This document shows, one piece after another, positions 1 to 8,397 of a DNA stretch of 59,201 nucleotides. The stretch comes from an uncultured Candidatus Peribacteria bacterium (GTDB taxonomy: Bacteria > Patescibacteriota > Gracilibacteria > UBA1369 > 2-02-FULL-48-14). Location: positions 36,533-95,733 of the forward strand of contig CAZROM010000003.1 in the NCBI GenBank assembly GCA_964601715.1, given 5' to 3'. Under the pieces are notes generated by a model. The model made no database searches. It was given only the letters and a program-made list of their open reading frames with translations, and was not told where the DNA came from. The position numbers and the translations under genes were made by a program. Positions within the stretch are counted from its first letter, which is position 1; every line of letters starts with the position of its first letter.

Positions 1-195
1 TCAGCCGTCAAAGCGGTGTGGATTTCTCAGCGCTCCGGGCCGCTAGGCCAAGTCTTGCTTTCGAATAAATCTTCAAAATGCTCAGCCGTCAAAGCGGTGT
101 GGATTTCTCAGCGCTCCGGGCCGCTAGGCCAAGTCTCACTTTCGAACAAAAGTTCTAGAATGCTTGGCCAGTCGTGGCGGTGTGAATTTCTTCTG
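1..195. repeat. Tandem direct repeat with an 81-82 bp unit: copies at 1-81 and 82-163, plus a degenerate partial third copy from 164. The array may continue upstream of the window.
   Basis: nt 1-54 and 82-135 are identical (tcagccgtcaaagcggtgtggatttctcagcgctccgggccgctaggccaagtc). The 27-28 nt unit tails are homologous but diverged (ttgctttcgaataaatcttcaaaatgc vs tcactttcgaacaaaagttctagaatgc). The third unit begins ttggccagtcgtggcggtgtgaatttcttc. Confidence 0.9.
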
Positions 196-219
196 GACAG
201 GAGGTAATTTTGATAGTGC

Positions 220-248
220 TTGCCTTACAGATTGACTACAGGTAAAAT
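220..248 (+). promoter_or_regulatory. Candidate sigma-70-type promoter (TTGCCT-17 nt-TAAAAT) for the 275..2266 gene
   Basis: ttgcct at 220-225, a 17-nt spacer, and taaaat at 243-248, about 27 nt upstream of the ATG at 275. It lies directly downstream of the tandem repeat. Confidence 0.4.
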
Positions 249-274
249 ACGGCTCAATCACACGGTTATAACCT

Positions 275-2266
275 ATGTTTCTACAACTACAACAACAGTC
301 TCTTCTATTGGGACGACGTCCTCTTGGTTTCACTGAGCACTACTATACTGAGTGGGACGACGGATTGGGGAAGGAAAAGATCGCTCTCTTCCTTTTGATT
401 TCGGTGGCCAGCACTCAAGTGCCTTCTGCTGAACTTGCGAAAGAGGCTTTCCAACTGCTTCAAGATCACTTTTTGGATGATTTGGCGGGAGATCCTTATG
501 AGCGTTTTGAAAATGCACTGCGCGAGATCAATCATATGGCTTTGGAAAAAGAAAAGGAGTTGGATGTGAAGTTCATGCCCAATGTTCACGTTTTGATTGG
601 AGTGGTTCAAAAAGACTATCTCTTCATTTCTCAACGTGGGGAAGCTCATGGCTATTTGCTCCGTAAACGTCATGTCAGCTCGATCACCGAGGGACTTTTT
701 GACGAAAAGAATAAAGAAGATCTCTTCCAAAACATTGCAAGTGGAGTTCTTGAAGTGGGGGACAACGTCGTTTTTGTGACGGGTCCTTTGGTTCAATACG
801 TGACTCCTACTGATTTGGCGAAGATTTTCTCCGAACAAAGTTTGGATGACGCAACCAAGGAGCTTGAGCAGTTGCTTCGCCACGATGTGGAAGACCAAAT
901 GGCGATGCTTTCGTTTGAAGTGTTGGAAAAAACAGAAGAAATGAAGACAGTGGCCGCTCCTGTCGCGAAGATGGGTGATGACATCGAAGAAGAAGAGGTG
1001 GAAATGGCGACTCATGCCAAAATGGAAGAAGAGGAAGAACCCCGCGTCAGCTCTAAAAGCCGTGCGAAGGCTCATCTTTCTAAGGCTGTGGAACGACTCA
1101 GGACTTTTGCTTTGAACCGAGATCGTTTTGAAGCTCTGAACAAAATCCGTGCGTGGGAAAAGAAGAAGCTTTTGAGCGCGATTGCCGCTTTGTTCATTGT
1201 GGTTGTGGGAGGCACTTATTTGCTCCAAATGACAGTGGGTGAACAAAAGAAGATCGATGATCTTCAGGCTAAATTGGATCAAGCGGAAGAGAATGTGACT
1301 TTGGCTTCCACGAAGGGAACCTTTGACAAGGCCTCTGCTGCCGTTTTGCTGGATGGAGCGAAGACGCTAGCCGTTGAAGTTTTGGATTCCGGCTATTTGG
1401 GTTCGGATGCCAGCCAAGTTTTGGACGACATTCAGGAACAAAAAGACTTTTTGGACAATGTGTTCCATGTGGATGATGAACTCAAATTGATTGCCGATTT
1501 GAGTGGGAAAATGACTACAGGTTCTCAAATCATTGGTTTGGAAAATCACGATGATAAAATTGTGGTCTTCACCGACACGCAAGCCTTTCAAGTTTTGACC
1601 GATCAAGTGCAAGATCCTAGCACTCTTGAAAGCAGTGAAAAAGTCATTGCGGCGCGCTCTTTCTCAGATTACAACGCGGTGGTTTTGCTCACATTCGGCG
1701 GCAAACTTTTGGAATACAGCGAAGGCAACAGCCAATTTGCTGACACAGCGGATGTTCAATGGAAGTCAGGAGTGGACATCGCAACGTACTCCAACAAGAT
1801 TTACATTTTGGACGCTGCCAACAATCAAATTTGGAAGTACCAAAAGGGAAACACGGGTTATGGCGCTGCCTCCGCTTACTTGCCTGAAGGGCAAGATTTA
1901 ACGGGCGCTGCATCCATTGCAGTGGATGGAAAAGTTTGGGTGCTCAAGAGCGACGGAACTTTGCTCCAATACTATGCGGGTGAGGCTGTGGATTACACCA
2001 TCAAAAAAGCGCCTTTGACCACGGTGGAAAGTGGAGTTCGTGTGCTCACGGATTTGTCCACAACACGTCTTTATGTCTTGGATTCTGTGGGTAAACGTGT
2101 GCTGATCTACGACAAGAGCACTAAGAACGATGACCTCACATATTCGTCACAATACGTTTTCGATACTTTGAAAGGCGACGTCACCGACATCTACATCGAT
2201 CAAACTCGTAATGTTTTGATGCTCACCACTACGACGGGACTTTACGAAGTTTCTTTCACTGAGTAA
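275..2266 (+). CDS. Hypothetical membrane protein: N-terminal cytoplasmic domain, acidic linker, one TM helix, and a C-terminal repeat (beta-propeller-like) domain
   Basis: 663-aa ORF. Acidic run DDIEEEEVEMATHAKMEEEEEP. TM segment LLSAIAALFIVVVGGTYLL. Recurring C-terminal strands such as IYILDAANNQIWKY, VWVLKSDGTLLQYY and LYVLDSVGKRVLIYD. No family assigned. Confidence 0.75.
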   Translation: MFLQLQQQSLLLGRRPLGFTEHYYTEWDDGLGKEKIALFLLISVASTQVPSAELAKEAFQLLQDHFLDDLAGDPYERFENALREINHMALEKEKELDVKFMPNVHVLIGVVQKDYLFISQRGEAHGYLLRKRHVSSITEGLFDEKNKEDLFQNIASGVLEVGDNVVFVTGPLVQYVTPTDLAKIFSEQSLDDATKELEQLLRHDVEDQMAMLSFEVLEKTEEMKTVAAPVAKMGDDIEEEEVEMATHAKMEEEEEPRVSSKSRAKAHLSKAVERLRTFALNRDRFEALNKIRAWEKKKLLSAIAALFIVVVGGTYLLQMTVGEQKKIDDLQAKLDQAEENVTLASTKGTFDKASAAVLLDGAKTLAVEVLDSGYLGSDASQVLDDIQEQKDFLDNVFHVDDELKLIADLSGKMTTGSQIIGLENHDDKIVVFTDTQAFQVLTDQVQDPSTLESSEKVIAARSFSDYNAVVLLTFGGKLLEYSEGNSQFADTADVQWKSGVDIATYSNKIYILDAANNQIWKYQKGNTGYGAASAYLPEGQDLTGAASIAVDGKVWVLKSDGTLLQYYAGEAVDYTIKKAPLTTVESGVRVLTDLSTTRLYVLDSVGKRVLIYDKSTKNDDLTYSSQYVFDTLKGDVTDIYIDQTRNVLMLTTTTGLYEVSFTE

Positions 2267-3407
2267 GCTCTTTTGCGATTTGAAGTTCTTCTTCCGTTGG
2301 AATGACGAGGGCTTTGATTTTGGAGTTCTTTGCTGAAATGAGTAGGGCGTTTTTCTTGTTTGCTTTTTCGTCCAGCACGAATCCGAAGGGTTTCAAGTAA
2401 TCCAGAATTTGTTTGCGGAGGTAGTAGGCGTTTTCTCCAATGCCCGCGGTGAAAACAAGGGCGTCGGGGAAGCCGCCGAGTGACGCGAAATAGCTGCACA
2501 AAAGTTTTGCCATTTGATAGCTGAAGACTTCAAAGGTGCGGAGCGTTCCTGTGCTTTTGGGCTGTGCCCAGAGTGTGCGCACGTCCGATCCTAAACCAGA
2601 TAGCCCTTTGAAACCGGATTCTTTTTGCAAAAGTTCTTCGGTTTTTTTAAGGCCGCGTTTTTTGACCAATTCCAGCACAAGTCCAGGATCCACTGTTCCG
2701 CTGCGAGTGCCCATGAGAGGGCCTTCTAAAGGCGTGTAGCCCATGCTGGTGTCTAGACACACTCCGGCACGAATCGCGGCGATGCTGACACCGTTGCCAA
2801 TGTGGCACGACAAAAGTTTTGCCTGTGGTTTTTTGAGGAGGTGCTGAGCTTGTTCGCTCACGTACTTGTGGCTCGTGCCGTGGAAACCGTAGCGGCGCAA
2901 ATGCTCTTCTTCGTACAACGAATAGGGCAAGCCATACAAGAATGCTTTGGCGGGCAAGGTCTTGTGAAAGGCGGTGTCGAAGACGGCGATGTGAGCGGCG
3001 TTGGGCAGCGCTTTTAGGCAAACTTTGATGACTTCGATGTTGGCTGGGTTGTGCAAGGGCGCGAGCGAAGAAAGTGCATTGAGCTCTTTGAGATTTTTGC
3101 GCGACACGCGCAAAGGTTTTGAAAAATATTCGCCGCCATGAACGACGCGGTGCCCCACTTTTTTAATGGCGCTCAAGTCTTTGATGATGCCGTGTTGGGT
3201 GAGTGCATTGAGCACATAGTGAATGGCGGCTTTGTGACTCTTGGCTTTGATGGGCATTTGCTCTTCGCCCTCATTTAAATAATGACGAAAGGAGCAATGC
3301 TTTTGTCCGATGGCATCGATGTGACCTTTGTAGATTTTTTGAAGTTTCGTGTTGAATACGCTGAAACGAAGCGAAGAAGAACCGGCGTTGAAAATGAGAA
3401 TGGACAT
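2256..3407 (-). CDS. ackA: Acetate kinase
   Basis: N-terminus MSILIFNAGSSSLRFSVF, internal GFHGTSH, and C-terminal VIPTEEELQIA are typical of acetate/propionate kinases. 383 aa. Confidence 0.93.
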   Translation of the reverse strand: MSILIFNAGSSSLRFSVFNTKLQKIYKGHIDAIGQKHCSFRHYLNEGEEQMPIKAKSHKAAIHYVLNALTQHGIIKDLSAIKKVGHRVVHGGEYFSKPLRVSRKNLKELNALSSLAPLHNPANIEVIKVCLKALPNAAHIAVFDTAFHKTLPAKAFLYGLPYSLYEEEHLRRYGFHGTSHKYVSEQAQHLLKKPQAKLLSCHIGNGVSIAAIRAGVCLDTSMGYTPLEGPLMGTRSGTVDPGLVLELVKKRGLKKTEELLQKESGFKGLSGLGSDVRTLWAQPKSTGTLRTFEVFSYQMAKLLCSYFASLGGFPDALVFTAGIGENAYYLRKQILDYLKPFGFVLDEKANKKNALLISAKNSKIKALVIPTEEELQIAKELTQ

Positions 3408-3497
3408 GGGCGCGAATGAATCTTTTCGTTTCTATTCTACCTGCTTTTAAATAAATCAAAAGGCGTGTATTGTTCACTCACAATTTAGTCACACGCC

Positions 3498-5864
3498 ATG
3501 ACCAAAACCGATCCAAAAGCTCTCAAGTGGCTTTCAAAATACTTGCGCTACGTGGATTACCTCGGAGCAGCTCAACTTTATTTGAAGGATAATTTTTTCC
3601 TCGAAAAAAAATTGGAGCCCGACGACATTAAGATTCGAATTTTGGGTCACTGGGGCACAGTTCCTGGACTCAATTTTATTTACGCGAATTTGAATTATTT
3701 GGTGTGGAAGCATGCCTGCGAAATGCTCATCGTCACGGGTCCTGGGCATGGAGCTCCATCCATTTTGGCAAACTTGTTTGCGGAAAAAACCATCAGCGAT
3801 GTGTACAAGGAATATCCACGAAATGGAGAGGGTATGGGTAAACTCATTCATGACTTTTCTTGGCCTCACACTTTGTTTCCAAGCCATGTGACTCCAGGAG
3901 TTCCGGGTTCGATTTTGGAGGGAGGAGAATTGGGCTACAGTCTGGCGACAGCTTATGGCGCGGTGATGGACAATCCCAATTTGATTGCGGTTGCAATCGT
4001 GGGCGATGGAGAAGCAGAAACTGGTCCCATTGCAGCAGCGTGGCACAGCAATAAATTTTTGAATCCACGCGTGTCGGGTGCCGTTTTGCCCATTGTGCAC
4101 ATCAATGGTTACAAGATCTCCAATCCCACTTTGTTTGGTCGCATGGACGATGCTGAGCTCAAGGCTTTGTTCACGGGCTATGGCTATGAACCGATGATTG
4201 TGGAGGCTCCCAATTTGGAAAAGAAAATGATGGAAACGATGGAGAAGGCGTATCAGAAAATTCGTGCGATTCAAAAGAAAGCACGCTCGAGCAAGAAGCC
4301 TTATTTAAAACCCAAGTGGCCCGTGGTTTTGCTCCGTTCTCCAAAAGGATGGAAAGGAATTAAAACCTTCAAGGGTCATGCGGTGGAAGGATCTTTTCAT
4401 GCGCATGGAGTACCTGTGGATCACCCTAAAAAAGATCCTGTGGCACGAAAAGCAATTGAAGCATGGCTCAAGAGTTACAAGATCAAAGAGTTGGTGGACG
4501 CTCAAGGACGCCCCAAGCCCGAGGTTTTGGAATTCATGCCCACGGGATCCAAACGCATTGGAATGTGCAAACATGCCATTGGTGGAAACATGATGCAGCC
4601 ACTCAAATTTCCTGCCCTTGGAAAGTATGCACTCAAAGTCACTAAGCGCGGTGCTTTGCAATCGGGAAGCACGCCGGTGGGAGGAGAATTCTTGCGCGAT
4701 CTCATCAAGCTCAATCCAAAAAACTTCCGCATGTTCTGCCCGGATGAATTGATCTCAAATATGATCAAGGCACCGTTTGAAGTCACGGGTCGTGGCTACC
4801 AATGGCCGCTCAATAAAAACGACGAGAACATGCAAGTGGACGGGCGCATTTTAGAGATGCTTTCGGAGCACACTTTGCAGGGATGGATGATGGGATACAC
4901 GCTCACAGGACGCTATGGATTCTTCTCTAGCTATGAAGCCTTTTTGATCATCATTGCGAGCATGGTGGATCAGTACGCGAAGTTCTTGAAGCAGAGTTTT
5001 AAAATCAAATGGAGGAAGCCTGTTCCGCCTTTGGTCTACCACCTTGCGAGCGTGGGATGGAGGCAAGAACACAACGGATATTCCCATCAAAATCCAAGCT
5101 TTGTGAGCAATGTTTTGCAAAAGCATGGGGAGTTCTGCCAAGTCTATTATCCTGCCGACGCCAATAGCTTTTTGGTTGCTTTGGAAGAAGCGTACAAACG
5201 TCCCAACACCATCAATGTGATCGTCGCCGATAAGCGTGAAGTTCCACAATGGCTCACACTTGCCGAAGCACGCGAACAAGCCAAGCGTGGCATTGGAATT
5301 TGGGAATGGGTGGGAGGAAAAGAAGGCAGCAAAAATCCGGATGTGGTTTTGGCTTCAGCCGGAGACTACATGACGCAAGAAGCTTTGCATGCCGTGAAAT
5401 TGTGTAAAGAATTGGTGCCCGAAATGAAAATTCGCTACGTGAATATTTCTGCGGTTACAGGGCTTTGTGTGGGGGATTATTGCTCCACGCATCACATGGA
5501 ATTGAGTGAAGAGACAGTTGTGGAATACTTCACAAAAGACAAGCCAGTGATCATCAATTATCATGGGTACACAAATGATATGGAGCAGATCCTTTGGCCT
5601 TTCATGAGCTCTAAACGTGTCAGTATCCATGGTTACCAAGAACGAGGTTCCACCACCACGCCTTTCGATTTGAAAGTCACGAATGAAGTGGACTTCTACC
5701 ATCTTTCAATGGACATGATTCGTCGTGCGTCTGTGACCAATAAAGCCGTGGCAAAAAAGAAGGATAAGCTCATCAAAATGTTGGAAGAGAAAATCGCGGA
5801 ACATCAAAAATATATCTGCGAAGTTGGGGATGATCCTGAAGAAGTTAAAGTCCTACGCTGGTAG
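3498..5864 (+). CDS. xfp: Xylulose-5-phosphate/fructose-6-phosphate phosphoketolase
   Basis: 788 aa. GHWGTVPGLNFIY and the TPP-binding GDGEAETGP motif. Length and N-terminus (YLRYVDYLGAAQLYLKDN) match the XFP family. Confidence 0.95.
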   Translation: MTKTDPKALKWLSKYLRYVDYLGAAQLYLKDNFFLEKKLEPDDIKIRILGHWGTVPGLNFIYANLNYLVWKHACEMLIVTGPGHGAPSILANLFAEKTISDVYKEYPRNGEGMGKLIHDFSWPHTLFPSHVTPGVPGSILEGGELGYSLATAYGAVMDNPNLIAVAIVGDGEAETGPIAAAWHSNKFLNPRVSGAVLPIVHINGYKISNPTLFGRMDDAELKALFTGYGYEPMIVEAPNLEKKMMETMEKAYQKIRAIQKKARSSKKPYLKPKWPVVLLRSPKGWKGIKTFKGHAVEGSFHAHGVPVDHPKKDPVARKAIEAWLKSYKIKELVDAQGRPKPEVLEFMPTGSKRIGMCKHAIGGNMMQPLKFPALGKYALKVTKRGALQSGSTPVGGEFLRDLIKLNPKNFRMFCPDELISNMIKAPFEVTGRGYQWPLNKNDENMQVDGRILEMLSEHTLQGWMMGYTLTGRYGFFSSYEAFLIIIASMVDQYAKFLKQSFKIKWRKPVPPLVYHLASVGWRQEHNGYSHQNPSFVSNVLQKHGEFCQVYYPADANSFLVALEEAYKRPNTINVIVADKREVPQWLTLAEAREQAKRGIGIWEWVGGKEGSKNPDVVLASAGDYMTQEALHAVKLCKELVPEMKIRYVNISAVTGLCVGDYCSTHHMELSEETVVEYFTKDKPVIINYHGYTNDMEQILWPFMSSKRVSIHGYQERGSTTTPFDLKVTNEVDFYHLSMDMIRRASVTNKAVAKKKDKLIKMLEEKIAEHQKYICEVGDDPEEVKVLRW

Positions 5865-5865
5865 T

Positions 5866-6786
5866 TTAACTTTGTAAGGCGGTGAATACAGTCAGATTGA
5901 TGATGTCTTCTGCGGTGCTGCCGCGGGAGACTTCGTTCATGGGTTTTTTAAGTCCTTGCAAAATGGGTCCAATGACGGTGGCGCCAGCGAGCCGTTCCAC
6001 CAATTTGTAGCCAATGTTGCCGGCTTCTAAATCAGGGAAAATCAGAACATTGGCGTGGCCCGCAATGGGCGAGCCGGGATCTTTGAGCGCGGCGACTTGA
6101 TCCATGAGCGCAGCGTCCACTTGCAGTTCTCCTTCCACCGCAAGATCGGGTCTTTGGTGTTTGATGAGTCCTGCTGCGTCGCGCATTTTTTTGGTGAGCG
6201 GATGTTCGGTGGAGCCTGCGGTAGAAAAAGAGAGGAGTGCTACTTTGGGGTCCAAGCCCAGTCCTTTTGCAGTGTCTGCCGTGTCGATGGCGATTTGAGC
6301 CAAAATTTCTACAGTGGGATCGATGTTAACGGCGCAATCGGCGAACAACAAAATGCCTCCGTTGGCAGCGTCTTTGTCCACCGTTTCAGGCATGATCATG
6401 ATCATGGCACCCGACACACGGTGGTGCTCAATTTTTGTCTTGATCAATTCCAAAGCGGGCAAAATGCGTTCTTTTGAGGTGGCAGTGGGGCCGGCGATCA
6501 TTCCATCCACTTCGCCTTCATGCAGCATCATGGTGGCAAAATAATGAGGGTCTTTCATTTTTTCCGTGGCCTCTTCGAGACTTGCGCCACGCAGTTCTTG
6601 AAAGCGCTGCACATACGCTTTGAAATTCGCCTCAGATTCGGGGTCTTTTAAAAGCACAGGAAGGCAAAGACCTTGTTCCTCCAGTTCGGCAGCGGCTTCA
6701 AGGATGCGAGGCTCTGTGCCCTCAGCAAACACGATGCGCTTTGGGTTTTGACGAGCGCGTTCGTAGAGTTTCTCGAGAAAATCCAT
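5866..6786 (-). CDS. pta: Phosphate acetyltransferase (short PTA_PTB-only form)
   Basis: 306 aa. RIVFAEGTEPRILEAA, FADCAVNIDP and FPDLEAGNIGYKL...GPILQGL, collinear with Bacillus-type Pta. Confidence 0.93.
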   Translation of the reverse strand: MDFLEKLYERARQNPKRIVFAEGTEPRILEAAAELEEQGLCLPVLLKDPESEANFKAYVQRFQELRGASLEEATEKMKDPHYFATMMLHEGEVDGMIAGPTATSKERILPALELIKTKIEHHRVSGAMIMIMPETVDKDAANGGILLFADCAVNIDPTVEILAQIAIDTADTAKGLGLDPKVALLSFSTAGSTEHPLTKKMRDAAGLIKHQRPDLAVEGELQVDAALMDQVAALKDPGSPIAGHANVLIFPDLEAGNIGYKLVERLAGATVIGPILQGLKKPMNEVSRGSTAEDIINLTVFTALQS

Positions 6787-6787
6787 C

Positions 6788-7045
6788 TTATTTTGTTATG
6801 GATTTCACGTTTTCGACGGCACTGTTCACATCCTCCACCGCATTGTTGACCGATTCCACCGCGTTGTTGACGGACTCGACGGCGCCATTCACTTGGTCCA
6901 CCTTTTTATCGACATTTTCTTTGAGGTCGCTGGCTTCGTTTTGTAAATTGGTGACCGCTTCCGTCGTCTCTTTTTTAACGTTTTCAAGTTGGCTGCAAGC
7001 TGAAAAAGCAAACAGAACAAGGGCGAGGAGAAGGAGTTTTTTCAT
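6788..7045 (-). CDS. Small lipoprotein with four tandem heptad repeats
   Basis: Signal peptide plus lipobox MKKLLLLALVLFAFSAC. C-terminal NGAVESV-NNAVESV-NNAVEDV-NSAVENV is encoded by 4 x 21 nt at about 6806-6889. Confidence 0.75.
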   Translation of the reverse strand: MKKLLLLALVLFAFSACSQLENVKKETTEAVTNLQNEASDLKENVDKKVDQVNGAVESVNNAVESVNNAVEDVNSAVENVKSITK

Positions 7046-7057
7046 GGCGTGAAAAAC

Positions 7058-7393
7058 TTAAGATTTAGATTCTTGGTCGAACATTTTGTCGAAGTTCCCG
7101 TCGAAATCTTTGAGGAAATTGTGCATGTCCAAGACTTCGTTGGCACTCACGTGACCCATGCGGGGTGCGCTGCCAAGATGGGGGAGGTCGTTGTAGAAGG
7201 ATTGAGGGTCGACTTGAACATTGATAACAGATTGAGCTTCACACTCAGAACACCAAGCGTGGAAGAAAATCTGCTCGTCGCCAAGGCTTCCGATCAGCTC
7301 GATGTCTTCATCGAGGTATTTGCCCGTGCATTTGGGGCACTTGAGCGTCTTTTTGATCTGATTGACGATGATGCGAAGGTCGTGAAAATTCAT
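7058..7393 (-). CDS. Hypothetical zinc-ribbon protein
   Basis: 111 aa with CPKC...CSEC (two CxxC pairs). No family assigned. Confidence 0.6.
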   Translation of the reverse strand: MNFHDLRIIVNQIKKTLKCPKCTGKYLDEDIELIGSLGDEQIFFHAWCSECEAQSVINVQVDPQSFYNDLPHLGSAPRMGHVSANEVLDMHNFLKDFDGNFDKMFDQESKS

Positions 7394-7468
7394 TCAAATG
7401 CTCGTTTAGAGTGAACTTATTTTAGGATAAAACCCTAAGTTTTTCCAGTCTTTCTTTAAAGGCAGTTT

Positions 7469-8239
7469 TTAAGCTGCCAATTCTTCATCATTTGGTACCT
7501 GAGCCCAATCGGGATTGTTGGCTGGATTTTGGTCCAAAACTACGCTTTCGCCCAAACTGGCGCCAATCTCCATATGCTTTTCATGTTGGGTATCGCTAAC
7601 CGCATTCGCAGATTTAACCTCGGCGCGAACCTGAGGGAGGACTTTTTCCAGAAATTCGGCTGGGGCTTCTGCAAGATGAGCAATACCTCCGATCAATTCA
7701 TGGAGTTCTTCTCCAACTTCAGGAAGGAATAAAACGAGCCAGCTGACCACTTTGAGGAATTTTGCTTTATCCTTAAGTTCACCATCGATCAATTGAGCTG
7801 TGCTTTCATCTACATTCGTTGCACCGAGAGCAATCATTCCTTTGATCTCTTCTTCATTGAAAGTGCTGAGGCTTTGCCATTCTTCAGGTAGAATCGTAGG
7901 GGCGGCCACCTTCCAAACAGTTCGCAAACCACCTGTCATATTATTCAAGAAAGCTTCCCATGTTTGATGAGTCCATTTTTGGCTGTTCTCAACGAATTCA
8001 TGTTGAGCTTCTGGAGTCATGGCATCCAAGAGTTTTGTCAGTGTGGCTTGACGAGTTCCTTCGGTTCCAGCTCGTTCACGGAGAAAACGTCCACCTTTGA
8101 TCAAAGCCAAGGTCAATTTGTGCTGAACTTCAGGTCTTTTTAAAGCTTCTTTCGTGAAACCACCATCCAAGCCTTCTTGTTTTGGCTTTGTTTCGTGGGC
8201 TTCTTGATGACCTGCGGTTGAACCATCTGCGTGTACCAT
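7469..8239 (-). CDS. Hypothetical protein (acidic, helical)
   Basis: 256-aa ORF with no competing ORF, divergent from the giant hydrolase gene. No recognisable motif. Confidence 0.6.
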   Translation of the reverse strand: MVHADGSTAGHQEAHETKPKQEGLDGGFTKEALKRPEVQHKLTLALIKGGRFLRERAGTEGTRQATLTKLLDAMTPEAQHEFVENSQKWTHQTWEAFLNNMTGGLRTVWKVAAPTILPEEWQSLSTFNEEEIKGMIALGATNVDESTAQLIDGELKDKAKFLKVVSWLVLFLPEVGEELHELIGGIAHLAEAPAEFLEKVLPQVRAEVKSANAVSDTQHEKHMEIGASLGESVVLDQNPANNPDWAQVPNDEELAA

Positions 8240-8397
8240 GGAGCTTTTGGGTTAAAGCTATATTTTAGTATACACTTTTCGACTGATTTGTCAATTCATG
8301 CCTGAAGTTTTAATAGTTTGGCTACTGACAGGAAAACGTTCTCTTCTTTATCATTTTGGATTTATGTGGTATAGTTCTTAGATTAACTGCGTATCGT

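Noticed and set aside
1-207. CRISPR array, or a 63-aa coding ORF (16..207), across the tandem repeat
   Set aside because: The segments between the identical 54-nt heads are homologous to each other rather than unique spacers. The period of 81 bp is wrong for CRISPR, and there are no cas genes. The ORF is simply the repeat translated twice.
8240-8397. tRNA, tmRNA or SRP RNA in the larger intergenic gaps (8240-8397, 25748-25957, 52272-52562, 54381-54464)
   Set aside because: No cloverleaf with a GTTCRANNC T-loop, no GGAAGCAGC-type SRP domain IV motif and no tmRNA tag/acceptor features were visible. This is an eye scan only, so tRNAscan or Infernal should confirm it.
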